A stretch of 64,000 nt of DNA from the IMG/VR virus record IMGVR_UViG_3300025383_001098, one strand, 5' to 3'. The translations under genes were made by a program, and so were the position numbers. Source of the stretch: a virus. Each line of letters starts with the position of its first letter. Positions within the stretch are counted from its first letter, which is position 1. This document shows positions 45,982-55,168 of this stretch, one piece after another. The notes under the pieces are model-generated. The model was not told the DNA's origin. It did no database searches and saw nothing but the letters and a program-made list of their open reading frames with translations.

Positions 45982-46338
45982 ATGGCTGGTGTTTTTCAAT
46001 GTTTGAACTGTGGTAGAGATAACCCTGTAAAAGGCGCAAATTATACCAACAAGTATTGTAATAATTTTTGCCAACAACAGCATCGTCGTACTCTGTTAGC
46101 AGAAAAACGTATTGCGGAATGGCAGTCAGGTTGCGGACTATACGTGTGGAAAGAAGTTCCAGACTATATTCAAGACTTCCTAATTCAAGAGCGCGGTCAT
46201 AAGTGCGAAACGTGTGGCATTACAGAATGGCAGGGCGAACCAGCTCCGCTGACCGTAACACAACGAGACAGTGATCCTTATAACAACAAAGAGGATAACT
46301 TAGAAGTGATTTGCTATAACTGCAAGTCACAAAAATAA
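45982..46338 (+). CDS. Zn-binding HNH-fold protein with degenerate active site
   Basis: C..C, C...C, C..CG..EW.G....L and NN...NL...C.NC; catalytic His residues absent. Confidence 0.7.
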   Translation: MAGVFQCLNCGRDNPVKGANYTNKYCNNFCQQQHRRTLLAEKRIAEWQSGCGLYVWKEVPDYIQDFLIQERGHKCETCGITEWQGEPAPLTVTQRDSDPYNNKEDNLEVICYNCKSQK

Positions 46339-46365
46339 TTTCATATTAACTTAAGGAGATGTAAC

Positions 46366-46905
46366 ATGAAAACAATCGGTGATAAATTAGAACATTTTGC
46401 AGTAACAGGCGTTAAGCCAGGTCAACCAGAAGATGCTTTCTTCACAATTGACGAAACAAGCTTCGAAGGTAAATGGAAGGTAATCGTATTCTATCCTAAG
46501 GACTTTACATTTGTATGTCCTACAGAAATTGTAGCATACGACCGACTAAATCAAGACTTTGAAGATCGTGATGCAGTCCTGCTAACTGGTTCAACAGACA
46601 ATGAGTTCTGCAAACTGGCATGGCAAACGGCACACGCAGATTTGAAGAAAATCACTCACAATCAGTTTGCCGATACACAGCGTGGTGAGTTGAGTTTAGC
46701 AGAGCAGTTGGGTGTATTCTATGCTCCAGCAGGTGCGGCACTTCGTGCTACATTCATTGTAGATCCAGACAACACAATCCAACACGTTACTGTAAACAAC
46801 TTGGACGTAGGTCGTAGCCCAGAAGAAACTCTACGTATTTTAGATGCTCTTCAAACTGGCGAACTATGTGCTTGTAATCGTACAGTAGGCGGAGAAACAC
46901 TATAA
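46366..46905 (+). CDS. ahpC: Peroxiredoxin AhpC
   Basis: FYPKDFTFVCPTE, RATFIVD and GELC. Confidence 0.95.
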   Translation: MKTIGDKLEHFAVTGVKPGQPEDAFFTIDETSFEGKWKVIVFYPKDFTFVCPTEIVAYDRLNQDFEDRDAVLLTGSTDNEFCKLAWQTAHADLKKITHNQFADTQRGELSLAEQLGVFYAPAGAALRATFIVDPDNTIQHVTVNNLDVGRSPEETLRILDALQTGELCACNRTVGGETL

Positions 46906-47411
46906 TGGCATTCAACGACACTATCAAAGGTGCGTTGCCGGACTACGCAAAGGACACCAAGTTAAATCTTGATGCGGTCCTATTGCGTAGTACATTGGAT
47001 GCAGATGTGGCTATGGGGTGTGCTGTGGCTGCATTGGCCGCAACCGGCAACGGTAAAGTACTAAGTATCTTGTTAGCAGATGCGCCAGTACACGCAGAGT
47101 CAGCGATGACTGCCGCAAGTATCATGGCACAGAACAATGTATGGTATCCATATGTTGAAATGGCTGATGACGAAAGCCTAAAAGGCCTTCCAGCTCAGTT
47201 ACGCATGAATGCTATTGCTAATCATGGCGGCACAACTAAGAGCAACTTTGAAGCATTTAGTTTGGCCGCAAGTATTGTTGGCAAGTGTCACTTCTGCGTT
47301 AAGGCGCACTACGAAACACTCAAGGCGGAAGGCTATACTGTAGAAAACCTACGCGATATTGGGCGAATTGCTGCAGTAATGAATTCAGTGGCAAAAGTAC
47401 TGAATAGCTAA
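46905..47411 (+). CDS. ahpD: Alkyl hydroperoxidase AhpD
   Basis: LPDYAKD.KLNL, AA..MA.NN..Y and C..C..AH. Confidence 0.93.
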   Translation: MAFNDTIKGALPDYAKDTKLNLDAVLLRSTLDADVAMGCAVAALAATGNGKVLSILLADAPVHAESAMTAASIMAQNNVWYPYVEMADDESLKGLPAQLRMNAIANHGGTTKSNFEAFSLAASIVGKCHFCVKAHYETLKAEGYTVENLRDIGRIAAVMNSVAKVLNS

Positions 47412-47434
47412 TCTGTTGTATTTTCGCAACACTA

Positions 47435-47460
47435 AAAAGCCCCGTGTTTGGGGCTTTTTT
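47435..47460 (+). terminator. Rho-independent terminator
   Basis: aaaaagcccc-gtgttt-ggggcttttt. Confidence 0.8.
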
Positions 47461-47475
47461 ACGGGGTTTTATTTC

Positions 47476-47532
47476 GGTTGACCCATAATTCGGTATTTGC
47501 TATAATATTACATATAGTTAGAAATTAGGAGC
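47476..47532 (+). repeat. 57-bp early promoter-leader-RBS cassette, copy 2
   Basis: Identical to 37127..37183. Confidence 0.92.
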
Positions 47533-47536
47533 TAAA

Positions 47537-47845
47537 ATGAAATTAGAAATTGGAAACAGTATTACTTGGGTTAGTGCCGCTGGTAAATTGCATGGTACAA
47601 TTAAGAACATTGTTTTGGCTAAAAACGCCGCCGATAAAGTTGTGCCTTGGATTGATATTGTCTATGGCGATAACCGTGGTACTCGTTTATGTGCTACCGA
47701 CAGCAATCTCAAAATGATGAAGGTTGCCTACGATACCGAGGAAATGGTTGAGCGTGTCAATTTGATGACTGGCAAAAAATATATGGAAAAGAAAGGCACT
47801 CCTTTGTTTATGTCGCCAAGTTCGGAAACTTATTGGTCAATGTAA
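47537..47845 (+). CDS. Hypothetical early protein
   Basis: Ends with the phage-typical NLMTGK...E...TP...SPSSETYWSM. Confidence 0.7.
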   Translation: MKLEIGNSITWVSAAGKLHGTIKNIVLAKNAADKVVPWIDIVYGDNRGTRLCATDSNLKMMKVAYDTEEMVERVNLMTGKKYMEKKGTPLFMSPSSETYWSM

Positions 47846-47851
47846 GATTTT

Positions 47852-47909
47852 GGTTGACCCAAAATTCATCTTTTGCTATAATATTACATATAGTTAAACT
47901 TTAGGAGCT
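47852..47909 (+). promoter_or_regulatory. Early promoter cassette, diverged copy 3
   Basis: ggttgaccca.aattc....tttgctataatattacatatagtta.a..ttaggagc. Confidence 0.85.
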
Positions 47910-47913
47910 CGCA

Positions 47914-48264
47914 ATGACAACAGAAATTAATAACATCATTCAAGTAAACACTATCGTAAACGAAGCTAAACAGGCCGCTCGCGAAGCCGCTGAAAAGTTC
48001 TTCCAAGAAAAATTAGGTGGTAAAGATCAGTACTCATGTGGTTTTGCCTGGGTTGATATCTACGGTGTCAAAGGCAATACTCGATTGGGCAAAGCATTCA
48101 AGGCCGCTGGTATTCGCAAGTCTTATACTGGCAGTTATCAAATTTGGAATCCAGCAGGCTTAGGTGTACAGAACATTGACACCCTTGAAGCAGGTGCAGA
48201 AGCGGCTGCCAAGGTTTTTGAGAAGTATGGTTTCCGTGCATACGCAGGATCACGTTTAGACTAA
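47914..48264 (+). CDS. Conserved phage protein (CGFAWV type)
   Basis: CGFAWV...Q.....EAGA.A.A...G......SRLD. Confidence 0.7.
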   Translation: MTTEINNIIQVNTIVNEAKQAAREAAEKFFQEKLGGKDQYSCGFAWVDIYGVKGNTRLGKAFKAAGIRKSYTGSYQIWNPAGLGVQNIDTLEAGAEAAAKVFEKYGFRAYAGSRLD

Positions 48265-48265
48265 T

Positions 48266-48616
48266 ATGAAGTTATTTGTAGAAACAACCAAGTGGGCTGG
48301 TGACTTTCCTAACCATGCATACTATCTAAGCGACGACAAGAGCAAGATGTATGCATACGTTAAGGAAAATACTCAAGAGGTCATTACGTTCAAAAAGCCC
48401 TATCGATTTGATGCACGTCATCGTACCTTTTTGGTAGTACCCAAAAACGTGTTTGGTTATACCAAACCCGAAGAGGACAAAAAGGTTGAATCCTGGGAAG
48501 TTGAGGGTTCTAAAGGCACAAAATATCTTGTAGAGAAAATAGAAGGTGTGTTAAAATGTAGTTGTCCGGGATTCACATATCGTGGAGACTGTAGACATAT
48601 TAAAGAGGTAAAATAA
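48266..48616 (+). CDS. SWIM zinc-finger protein
   Basis: GSKG..Y.V......CSCPGF..R..C.HI. Confidence 0.75.
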   Translation: MKLFVETTKWAGDFPNHAYYLSDDKSKMYAYVKENTQEVITFKKPYRFDARHRTFLVVPKNVFGYTKPEEDKKVESWEVEGSKGTKYLVEKIEGVLKCSCPGFTYRGDCRHIKEVK

Positions 48617-48831
48617 TGGAAAAACTTTGGGTTTCGTTTGGTGCATTACTGGCTATTGTAGGTTTGGTGATAGCACTTGGTCTTATTACCAGCTTTCCTG
48701 TCATGTTGCTATGGAACGGCTGTTTAGTAGATGCTGTAGCGGGCATACGTGAAATTACCTGGCTACAGGCCTGGGGATTGACAGTACTGTGTGGCATCTT
48801 GTTTAAAACTACAGTAACAACCAAAGACTAA
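48616..48831 (+). CDS. Small two-TM membrane protein
   Basis: LWN...ITWLQAWGL..L..ILF. Confidence 0.65.
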   Translation: MEKLWVSFGALLAIVGLVIALGLITSFPVMLLWNGCLVDAVAGIREITWLQAWGLTVLCGILFKTTVTTKD

Positions 48832-48840
48832 GGAGCGTCT

Positions 48841-49476
48841 ATGCCAAATTGGTGCGGTAATACCTTAACATTAACTCACAGTGATCCTGAGATGATTCGG
48901 CGTGCCAAGGCCGCTTTTGCCAATGGTGAGTTTCTCAATGAGTTTGTTCCTGTGCCCAAGGACCTGCAGATTGTAGCAGGCACCGTTGGTGATCCAGACG
49001 AGCAAGCTCGCCTTGAAGCACAAGAAAAGTACAATCGTGCTACACATGGTTATGCCAATTGGTATGACTTCTGTGTTAATGAGTGGGGTACTAAGTGGGA
49101 CGTGGGCGATGGCAACGGAATTCAGACCTGGGATGATCACGAACTTGTTGTTTACTTTGACTCGGCTTGGTCGCCACCTATTCGAGCTTATGAAAAATTA
49201 GAAGACCTGGGTTTTACAGTTTACGCTACTTACTACGAACCTGGAATGTCCTATGCTGGCATTTATGACGAACACGGTGATACCTACTATGATCTGTCGG
49301 ACATGGATTCAGGAGATGTACAACAGCAGTTGCCACAGGAACTTGATGACGCATTTGGTATTTCGGAGTCAATGGCCGAGTACGAAGCTGAAAACGAAGA
49401 CGAAGTTACCACCTGGTATAAAGAGGGTGTAGAAGAAACAGGTCTTACACCGCACGAAAAACCCAATGCTAAATGA
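48841..49476 (+). CDS. DUF1281/YubB (Api92-like) ferredoxin-fold protein
   Basis: MPNWC.N, WYD....WGTKW, FDSAWSPP and YYEPG. Confidence 0.75.
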   Translation: MPNWCGNTLTLTHSDPEMIRRAKAAFANGEFLNEFVPVPKDLQIVAGTVGDPDEQARLEAQEKYNRATHGYANWYDFCVNEWGTKWDVGDGNGIQTWDDHELVVYFDSAWSPPIRAYEKLEDLGFTVYATYYEPGMSYAGIYDEHGDTYYDLSDMDSGDVQQQLPQELDDAFGISESMAEYEAENEDEVTTWYKEGVEETGLTPHEKPNAK

Positions 49477-49648
49477 TATTTGTTGGGTGCCTTTTGTAGG
49501 ATTTGCTTTAGCCATGTTGCTATTTTTTGGATTTTTTGTTACAATGTTTATAGCAGGTATTATAGATCTGTACCATGAGCGTAAGAATCGGGTATGGAAT
49601 GAATTGAAACGTAACCCGAACGACATACGTCGACCAGCAGCAAAGTAA
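49466..49648 (+). CDS. Small membrane protein
   Basis: TM helix; within operon. Confidence 0.5.
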   Translation: MLNDICWVPFVGFALAMLLFFGFFVTMFIAGIIDLYHERKNRVWNELKRNPNDIRRPAAK

Positions 49649-49655
49649 GGAAAAT

Positions 49656-50972
49656 ATGTTAAAACCTTGGGAAGTAATTAGAGAATTAGAAACAGATAAT
49701 AGTCGCTTGTTCAAAGAGGCTGTGATTCTTCGTGAAGCCACAGCAGGCAACGATGAATTTTTTCGAGGTATTCGTTATGCTTTGGATTCAATGATTACCT
49801 TTGGTGTTCGACAAGTTGAAGAAAAGACTGGTGTTGGTCGAGGATTAAATCCCGATACGTTTTGGCGTACTGTTGAGCAGTTAGCACGTCGCGAACTCAC
49901 AGGCACAGCCGCACAAGTTGCTATTAATCATATGCGTATGAATGCACAAGAAGAAGAATGGAATGGATGGTACCGCCGTATTCTTATCAAAGACCTACGC
50001 TGTGGAGTTAGTGAAAAGACTGTTAATAAACAAGTAGAAAAAGTCAATGACCAGTACATTGTGCCGGTGTTTAGTTGCCAGCTGGCCCACGATAGTGCTA
50101 ATCATGAAACAAAGGTTAGTGGTAAAAAACTTATTGAAGTTAAATTAGATGGTGTTCGTGTTATTACTATTGTCTATCCGAGTGGTCATGTAGACCAGTA
50201 CAGTCGTAACGGAAAAGAACTGGTAAATTTTCCGCATATAGTAAAACAATTTGTTAAACACGCCAAACTATTACGTGAGCCCATGGTGTTCGATGGCGAA
50301 GTTATGTCAAGCAGTTTTCAAGACTTAATGAAACAGGTGCATCGTAAAAGTGATGTTGAAAGTTCAGATGCTGTATTAAACTTGTTTGACATGATTACTT
50401 TAGATGAATTTAGAGCTGGTGCAAGCGTAGTCAACCAAGCGACTCGTAGTCAACGACTCAGTGGGTGGTTGACTCCTCTCAAAGAGCACATGCCTAATGT
50501 TACCATGGTTGGACAAGAATTAGTAGACTTAGGAACCGACGAAGGACAAGCACGTTTTCGAGAAATTAATAGTCAGGCAGTTGCTGGTGGCTATGAAGGT
50601 ATCATGATTAAGGATCCAGCAGCTGGTTATGAATGTAAGCGTAGTGTTGCTTGGTTAAAACTCAAACCCTTTATTGAAGTTAGTTTAACAGTAGTAGCAT
50701 TAGAAGAAGGTACAGGAAAAAATGCAGGAAAACTTGGTGCTTTGGTGTGCGAAGGCAACGATGATGGTAAATTTATTCGGGTCAACGTTGGTAGTGGCCT
50801 TACAGATGCCCTTCGTGAAGATATATGGTCTGACCAAACGGCTGTTATGGGACAGGTGGTTGAGATCCGAGCAGATGCGGCGACTCGGAATCAAGATAGC
50901 GAGGACACGTATTCCCTCCGGTTCCCTCGCTTTTTACGCTTCCGCGGATTCGAAGCTGGTACAAAGATTTAA
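49656..50972 (+). CDS. ATP-dependent DNA ligase
   Basis: EVKLDGVR, SRNGK, FDGE, EGIMIK, WLKLK, VGSG and SLRFPRF. Confidence 0.95.
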   Translation: MLKPWEVIRELETDNSRLFKEAVILREATAGNDEFFRGIRYALDSMITFGVRQVEEKTGVGRGLNPDTFWRTVEQLARRELTGTAAQVAINHMRMNAQEEEWNGWYRRILIKDLRCGVSEKTVNKQVEKVNDQYIVPVFSCQLAHDSANHETKVSGKKLIEVKLDGVRVITIVYPSGHVDQYSRNGKELVNFPHIVKQFVKHAKLLREPMVFDGEVMSSSFQDLMKQVHRKSDVESSDAVLNLFDMITLDEFRAGASVVNQATRSQRLSGWLTPLKEHMPNVTMVGQELVDLGTDEGQARFREINSQAVAGGYEGIMIKDPAAGYECKRSVAWLKLKPFIEVSLTVVALEEGTGKNAGKLGALVCEGNDDGKFIRVNVGSGLTDALREDIWSDQTAVMGQVVEIRADAATRNQDSEDTYSLRFPRFLRFRGFEAGTKI

Positions 50973-50982
50973 GGAGATGTCA

Positions 50983-51213
50983 ATGACCGAAGAGGATATT
51001 AAAAATGTAATGTATGGTAGCATCAGAGAATTGATGCGTAACCGCAAATATTATTATTCGGGTTACCATAGTCATTTTACCGAAGAAGGTAAAGCAGTAA
51101 TTAATGATATGTTAGACATGTACGGAGAAAAGATTCAATCGGCAGTTAAAACCGAAGACGAACAACGTGCCAAAGACATGGTGTTTAACTCACTCAAACA
51201 GGAAACAAAATGA
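50983..51213 (+). CDS. Hypothetical protein
   Basis: aaggag SD after the ligase stop. Confidence 0.6.
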   Translation: MTEEDIKNVMYGSIRELMRNRKYYYSGYHSHFTEEGKAVINDMLDMYGEKIQSAVKTEDEQRAKDMVFNSLKQETK

Positions 51214-51425
51214 CCCAAAAATTTGAAATAGATTGGGACACAGCCGATCGTATTACAGCACAGGCCCTGCGTAGCCATTATGCTATGACTAAAGAATCTT
51301 TAGAAAAACATTTGGCAGATCCTGACAATAACTGGATGCACGTAGAAGATGTAGGCCGTTACACAAAGTTAATTCGATCAATGAAAGACGTATTGGAATA
51401 TTATGGCGAAACAAACCTGGACTAA
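51210..51425 (+). CDS. Hypothetical protein
   Basis: ATGA coupling. Confidence 0.6.
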   Translation: MTQKFEIDWDTADRITAQALRSHYAMTKESLEKHLADPDNNWMHVEDVGRYTKLIRSMKDVLEYYGETNLD

Positions 51426-51579
51426 AACTGTCGAAGTAGATCCTGATACCGGTGACTACTATATTGACGTTAAGGAAGCCTGCGAACATTTAGGATGGCA
51501 GGCCGGCGATGTTGTTGAGTGGACCGATAACAAAGATGGTACTTGGACCATAACGAAAAAAGAAATTCAAAAAGATTGA
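51403..51579 (+). CDS. AbrB/SpoVT-like small protein (58 aa)
   Basis: V..D..TGD.....LGW..GD...W.D..DG.W.I.K. Confidence 0.6.
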   Translation: MAKQTWTKTVEVDPDTGDYYIDVKEACEHLGWQAGDVVEWTDNKDGTWTITKKEIQKD

Positions 51580-51626
51580 CACAGTAGTTAAACTATCATA
51601 TAATGAACAAATAAACGGGTGAAATT

Positions 51627-52961
51627 ATGGCAAATACCAAACCAGAAGTAACAGCAGAAGAACTAATTGAAATTATCAAATTCACACCTCGCACTTACAA
51701 GATTAGTATGTGGGGCTATGGTGGCGAAAAAGTCATGGGCACAGTACCTCGAGACTCTTGGGACTACTGTATGGAACACCAAGTTGACTTGTCGGACATT
51801 GCCTGGTCGGACGAAGATACTGTTAGAGATGACATGGGACTTGACCCAGAACGGTTACCATTTCCTCCTGGATCCTGGTACGAGTGTGATGATTTAGCAC
51901 ATGTTAATGGTGTAAGTCGCACAGCAGGTACACTACAGATTGAAGATGAAAATGATGAAGTAGTATACGAAAGATCATTAGATGACATTACAGGTTCTGC
52001 AGATGACGAACCCGAATGGTGTTGCAATGACGAAGTTTGGATCGGTCAAGAAGAAGCAGGCAAGGTTGTATTTGTTGGATCCAGTAACGAAAAAGGCACA
52101 TTCTTTGAAGGTGAAATTGAACTCACACAACCGTTTGATATTACTAAATTAACACTTAGCTACGATGAAGTAGATGGTGAAGAAATCGTCAACGGAGTTC
52201 AATATGATGGTGAAGACATTGACAACTGGGGTGGTAGTACTGATGGTAAGAGTTCAGACTTTACCATGGCCCTGGTTGGCGAAGATGGTGAATGGGAACG
52301 TTACGAGCCAGAAGATAAAGATTGGGGTCATCCCGAATATGGCACAAGCCCAGAGTCCTGGGAACGGACTGTGGACTTCGACTTTGCTAAACAAAAGCCT
52401 ACGATTCCTGGATACTACAATGCTACTTGGAGCCACTTTGGTACTACTTACGGTAGCTTATATTGGGACGGCGAAAACTTTGGCGAGTGGGAATACGGTA
52501 AGTTCAATGCTATCAGTGGTGTAAAAACTTGGTCAGGGTTTAACTGGGATACCAGTTCGTGGGCCAATCGTCCGCCAGAGCCACCTGATGTTATTTGTGA
52601 CAACAAAAAGTGTGGCTGGGTAGGTGCAAGTTCAGATCGAGTTACAGATGATGAATTTAATGATCATTGCCCTGAGTGTAATGGTACAGAATTTTCGTGG
52701 ATTGACTACGACGCTAATACTAAAGTGGGTCGTAAGAATCGTGAAAAGTATTGCCGCACTCATGGCGATGTTGCAGACTTAGAAGCCGCACTGGAAGAAC
52801 TTAAAGCGGAATTCGAAGCACTCTGTGAAGAAGAACCTGAAGCACAATGTGAGTGTGTACAATGTTCATGGAAGGGTTTCATTGAAGACTTAGCCTACCC
52901 AGATGATGGTAAAGGTGATGGTGTGTGTCCTGCTTGTGGTGAACCAGTAGAGTTGTTGTGA
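51627..52961 (+). CDS. Acidic protein with C-terminal Zn ribbons
   Basis: Two C(x)nC.W.G ... CP.C modules; promoter TTGACA-17-TATAAT at 51576. Confidence 0.65.
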   Translation: MANTKPEVTAEELIEIIKFTPRTYKISMWGYGGEKVMGTVPRDSWDYCMEHQVDLSDIAWSDEDTVRDDMGLDPERLPFPPGSWYECDDLAHVNGVSRTAGTLQIEDENDEVVYERSLDDITGSADDEPEWCCNDEVWIGQEEAGKVVFVGSSNEKGTFFEGEIELTQPFDITKLTLSYDEVDGEEIVNGVQYDGEDIDNWGGSTDGKSSDFTMALVGEDGEWERYEPEDKDWGHPEYGTSPESWERTVDFDFAKQKPTIPGYYNATWSHFGTTYGSLYWDGENFGEWEYGKFNAISGVKTWSGFNWDTSSWANRPPEPPDVICDNKKCGWVGASSDRVTDDEFNDHCPECNGTEFSWIDYDANTKVGRKNREKYCRTHGDVADLEAALEELKAEFEALCEEEPEAQCECVQCSWKGFIEDLAYPDDGKGDGVCPACGEPVELL

Positions 52962-53140
52962 CAGCACTGGCTGTAACTAATTGGTTTAATCGTAGATACA
53001 AGCCACGATACGATGGCTTGTACGAAGTACGTACCGAGCATTGGCCATGGCCATTCTTTTGTGAATGGAACCAGACTCACAAATGGAACTCACCGGTGAA
53101 AATCAAACAGTGGCGTGGGTTAGCAAAGGAATCAAAATGA
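52958..53140 (+). CDS. Small Trp-rich phage protein
   Basis: W.....KP...G.YE...WRGL. Confidence 0.55.
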   Translation: MTALAVTNWFNRRYKPRYDGLYEVRTEHWPWPFFCEWNQTHKWNSPVKIKQWRGLAKESK

Positions 53141-53322
53141 AAGATAAATTGATTTTTGTATCAGTATTTTTGTCTATTGCAGTAATGTCGACTATTTTTG
53201 CTTTGGTATTGCCCAAGCATGGTGAAGTAGTGTATAATTGTAGCATCGCAGAAATTAGCCCCGACATTCCGGTTGAGGTTAAAGAACAATGTCGTAAACT
53301 TAGAATGGAACAGGTAAAATAA
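53137..53322 (+). CDS. Small membrane protein
   Basis: TM plus YNCSIAEISPD.P..VK..CR. Confidence 0.6.
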   Translation: MKDKLIFVSVFLSIAVMSTIFALVLPKHGEVVYNCSIAEISPDIPVEVKEQCRKLRMEQVK

Positions 53323-53483
53323 TGGGATATGATCCACGTGCAGTAAAAGTACCAAAGTCGGTTAAACGATTAGCCGCAACAATCACAGATAAAAGTCAGC
53401 GTCGTAGTCTTATTAAAAGCTATGCCAATGCTATCCGTGTAAATCAAAGCTATCGCCCAAGCAAGGCCACTAAAGCTGAGTAA
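53322..53483 (+). CDS. Small basic protein
   Basis: TAATG coupling on both sides. Confidence 0.55.
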   Translation: MGYDPRAVKVPKSVKRLAATITDKSQRRSLIKSYANAIRVNQSYRPSKATKAE

Positions 53484-54085
53484 TGGGCCGTGTATTTGAA
53501 CGTGCCGAAGCTTACTTAGATCAACTTGTTCCCTATGGAGAATTTGTTGAAATAGGCACCAGTCGCAATGGCGATGATGGCAGTACTCGTACTATTTCCC
53601 AATGGCCAAGCCACTCACACTTATTCACAGTGGATATAGATCCCGCAAACTGTGAATTGGTCCAAGGCTGGAATTTGCCCAACACCACAGTGATCAATTC
53701 TACTGGCGAAGATTATCTCCGTCATAGAATTTATGGTATGCGTCCCATTACACTCTTGTATTTGGATAACTTTGATTGGGATTGGCATCCAGAACACACA
53801 GAAAGTTTCGTTCAAGAACAACAACAACGATACCAAGAACTTGGTCTTACTATGACCAATGTCAACAGCCAAGCGGCGCATTTACAACAGATGATATGGG
53901 CATTACCCCATATGGCAGAAACATCACTTGTGATCTGCGACGATACATGGTATAATAAATGGTGGGGACACTACAGTGGCAAAAGTGGTGCTGTAGTTCC
54001 TTACTTGATATCACAAGGGTTTCAAGTTCTTTATACCGAAGAACAACCCGTTTATGGAACCATCTTAGGAAGAAACATCAAATGA
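53483..54085 (+). CDS. Class I SAM-dependent methyltransferase
   Basis: VEIGTSR, TVDID, LLYLD and ICDDT. Confidence 0.75.
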   Translation: MGRVFERAEAYLDQLVPYGEFVEIGTSRNGDDGSTRTISQWPSHSHLFTVDIDPANCELVQGWNLPNTTVINSTGEDYLRHRIYGMRPITLLYLDNFDWDWHPEHTESFVQEQQQRYQELGLTMTNVNSQAAHLQQMIWALPHMAETSLVICDDTWYNKWWGHYSGKSGAVVPYLISQGFQVLYTEEQPVYGTILGRNIK

Positions 54086-54357
54086 ACATTACAGAATTAG
54101 CTACAGCAGAAGAACGTAACCAGTATCTACGCAACTTACTCTGGACAAATGATTGCGAAATTACTTTTACCAAAGTCAACGGCGAGTTGCGTACCATGCC
54201 TTGTACACTAAGAGCCGAAGCCATGCCCAAGCGTGAAGCAGATACTCTACACGAAACTCGTTTGTATAAACCCGAAACTCTCAGCGTGTTCTGCTTAGAT
54301 AAAAACGAGTGGCGTAGTTTTCGTGTTATGAATGTAACTGAGGTTCGCGTGTTGTAG
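54082..54357 (+). CDS. WYL_2-type SH3/Sm-like barrel protein
   Basis: FTKVNGE.R.M.CTL...D...WRSFR. Confidence 0.75.
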   Translation: MNITELATAEERNQYLRNLLWTNDCEITFTKVNGELRTMPCTLRAEAMPKREADTLHETRLYKPETLSVFCLDKNEWRSFRVMNVTEVRVL

Positions 54358-54358
54358 T

Positions 54359-54736
54359 ATGGAATACGATATGTATCAAGACATGCAGGACTCAACTTGG
54401 TTCAAACATAAAGTCCGAACCAGTGATAGCTATGCCCAAAACTTATATGCCGCATTGTGCAATATGCAATGGCAAAAGTTAGATGTAATGCCGATACTTA
54501 AAGATGAGTATTGGCATTGTAGTTGGCGTAGTGCTGGCGGTATTGTTGCTGACCTGCGATGCGAGGGCGACTATATGGATTGGTATTGTAGTGGTATACA
54601 GGATTTTGGCACTGATGAAGCCGATCCCAGATTCAATGGTGGCGGGCATGTGGCCGAAGGCCATGTGACCGAGGAGATCAAGCATGACCTTGGTTTGCTT
54701 GGATGGAAACCCGTGCCATATGAAAAGGACGAATAG
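54359..54736 (+). CDS. Hypothetical protein (paralogue of 55169..55543)
   Basis: YAQNLYAALCN...WR.A...Y.DWYCSG...VTEEI..D....GW. Confidence 0.7.
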   Translation: MEYDMYQDMQDSTWFKHKVRTSDSYAQNLYAALCNMQWQKLDVMPILKDEYWHCSWRSAGGIVADLRCEGDYMDWYCSGIQDFGTDEADPRFNGGGHVAEGHVTEEIKHDLGLLGWKPVPYEKDE

Positions 54737-54832
54737 TCAACTGAAATGGTTAAACTAATCGTTGCAATATTCCAAAAGTTAGTGCATAATAACATCAGCT
54801 GACAAATTTCAGCAAATATTAAGGAGAATTAA

Positions 54833-55099
54833 ATGTTTAATTTAGAAACTAAAACTGGTAAGGCTTTTAAAGCATTGGTACTCGAAGGTCAAACTTTGAC
54901 TGCCTCAGAAGCACGTAAGCGTTTTGGCATTGGCAATTTAAGTGCTGAAGTATCACGTATCCGTCAAAGCGGTTTTGCTATCCATGCAAATGGTCGTAAA
55001 GCTGGCAATGGCGTTCATGTTACTGAGTATGTACATGGCAAGCCAAGCCGTAAGGTAATTGCTGCTGGTTACAAAGCATTGGCAGCTGGCTTAGTTTAA
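54833..55099 (+). CDS. Winged-HTH DNA-binding protein
   Basis: G..LT..EA..RFGI.N..A.VS.IR..G..I. Confidence 0.7.
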   Translation: MFNLETKTGKAFKALVLEGQTLTASEARKRFGIGNLSAEVSRIRQSGFAIHANGRKAGNGVHVTEYVHGKPSRKVIAAGYKALAAGLV

Positions 55100-55168
55100 T
55101 CTAAACCAGTCTTACCCAAAAGCACCGTTCGCGGTGCTTTTTTCTTGGTTGTAGTAAATATGTAATAT

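Noticed and set aside
45982-46338. Active HNH homing endonuclease or mobile intron
   Set aside because: Catalytic His residues are missing and no interrupted host gene flanks it
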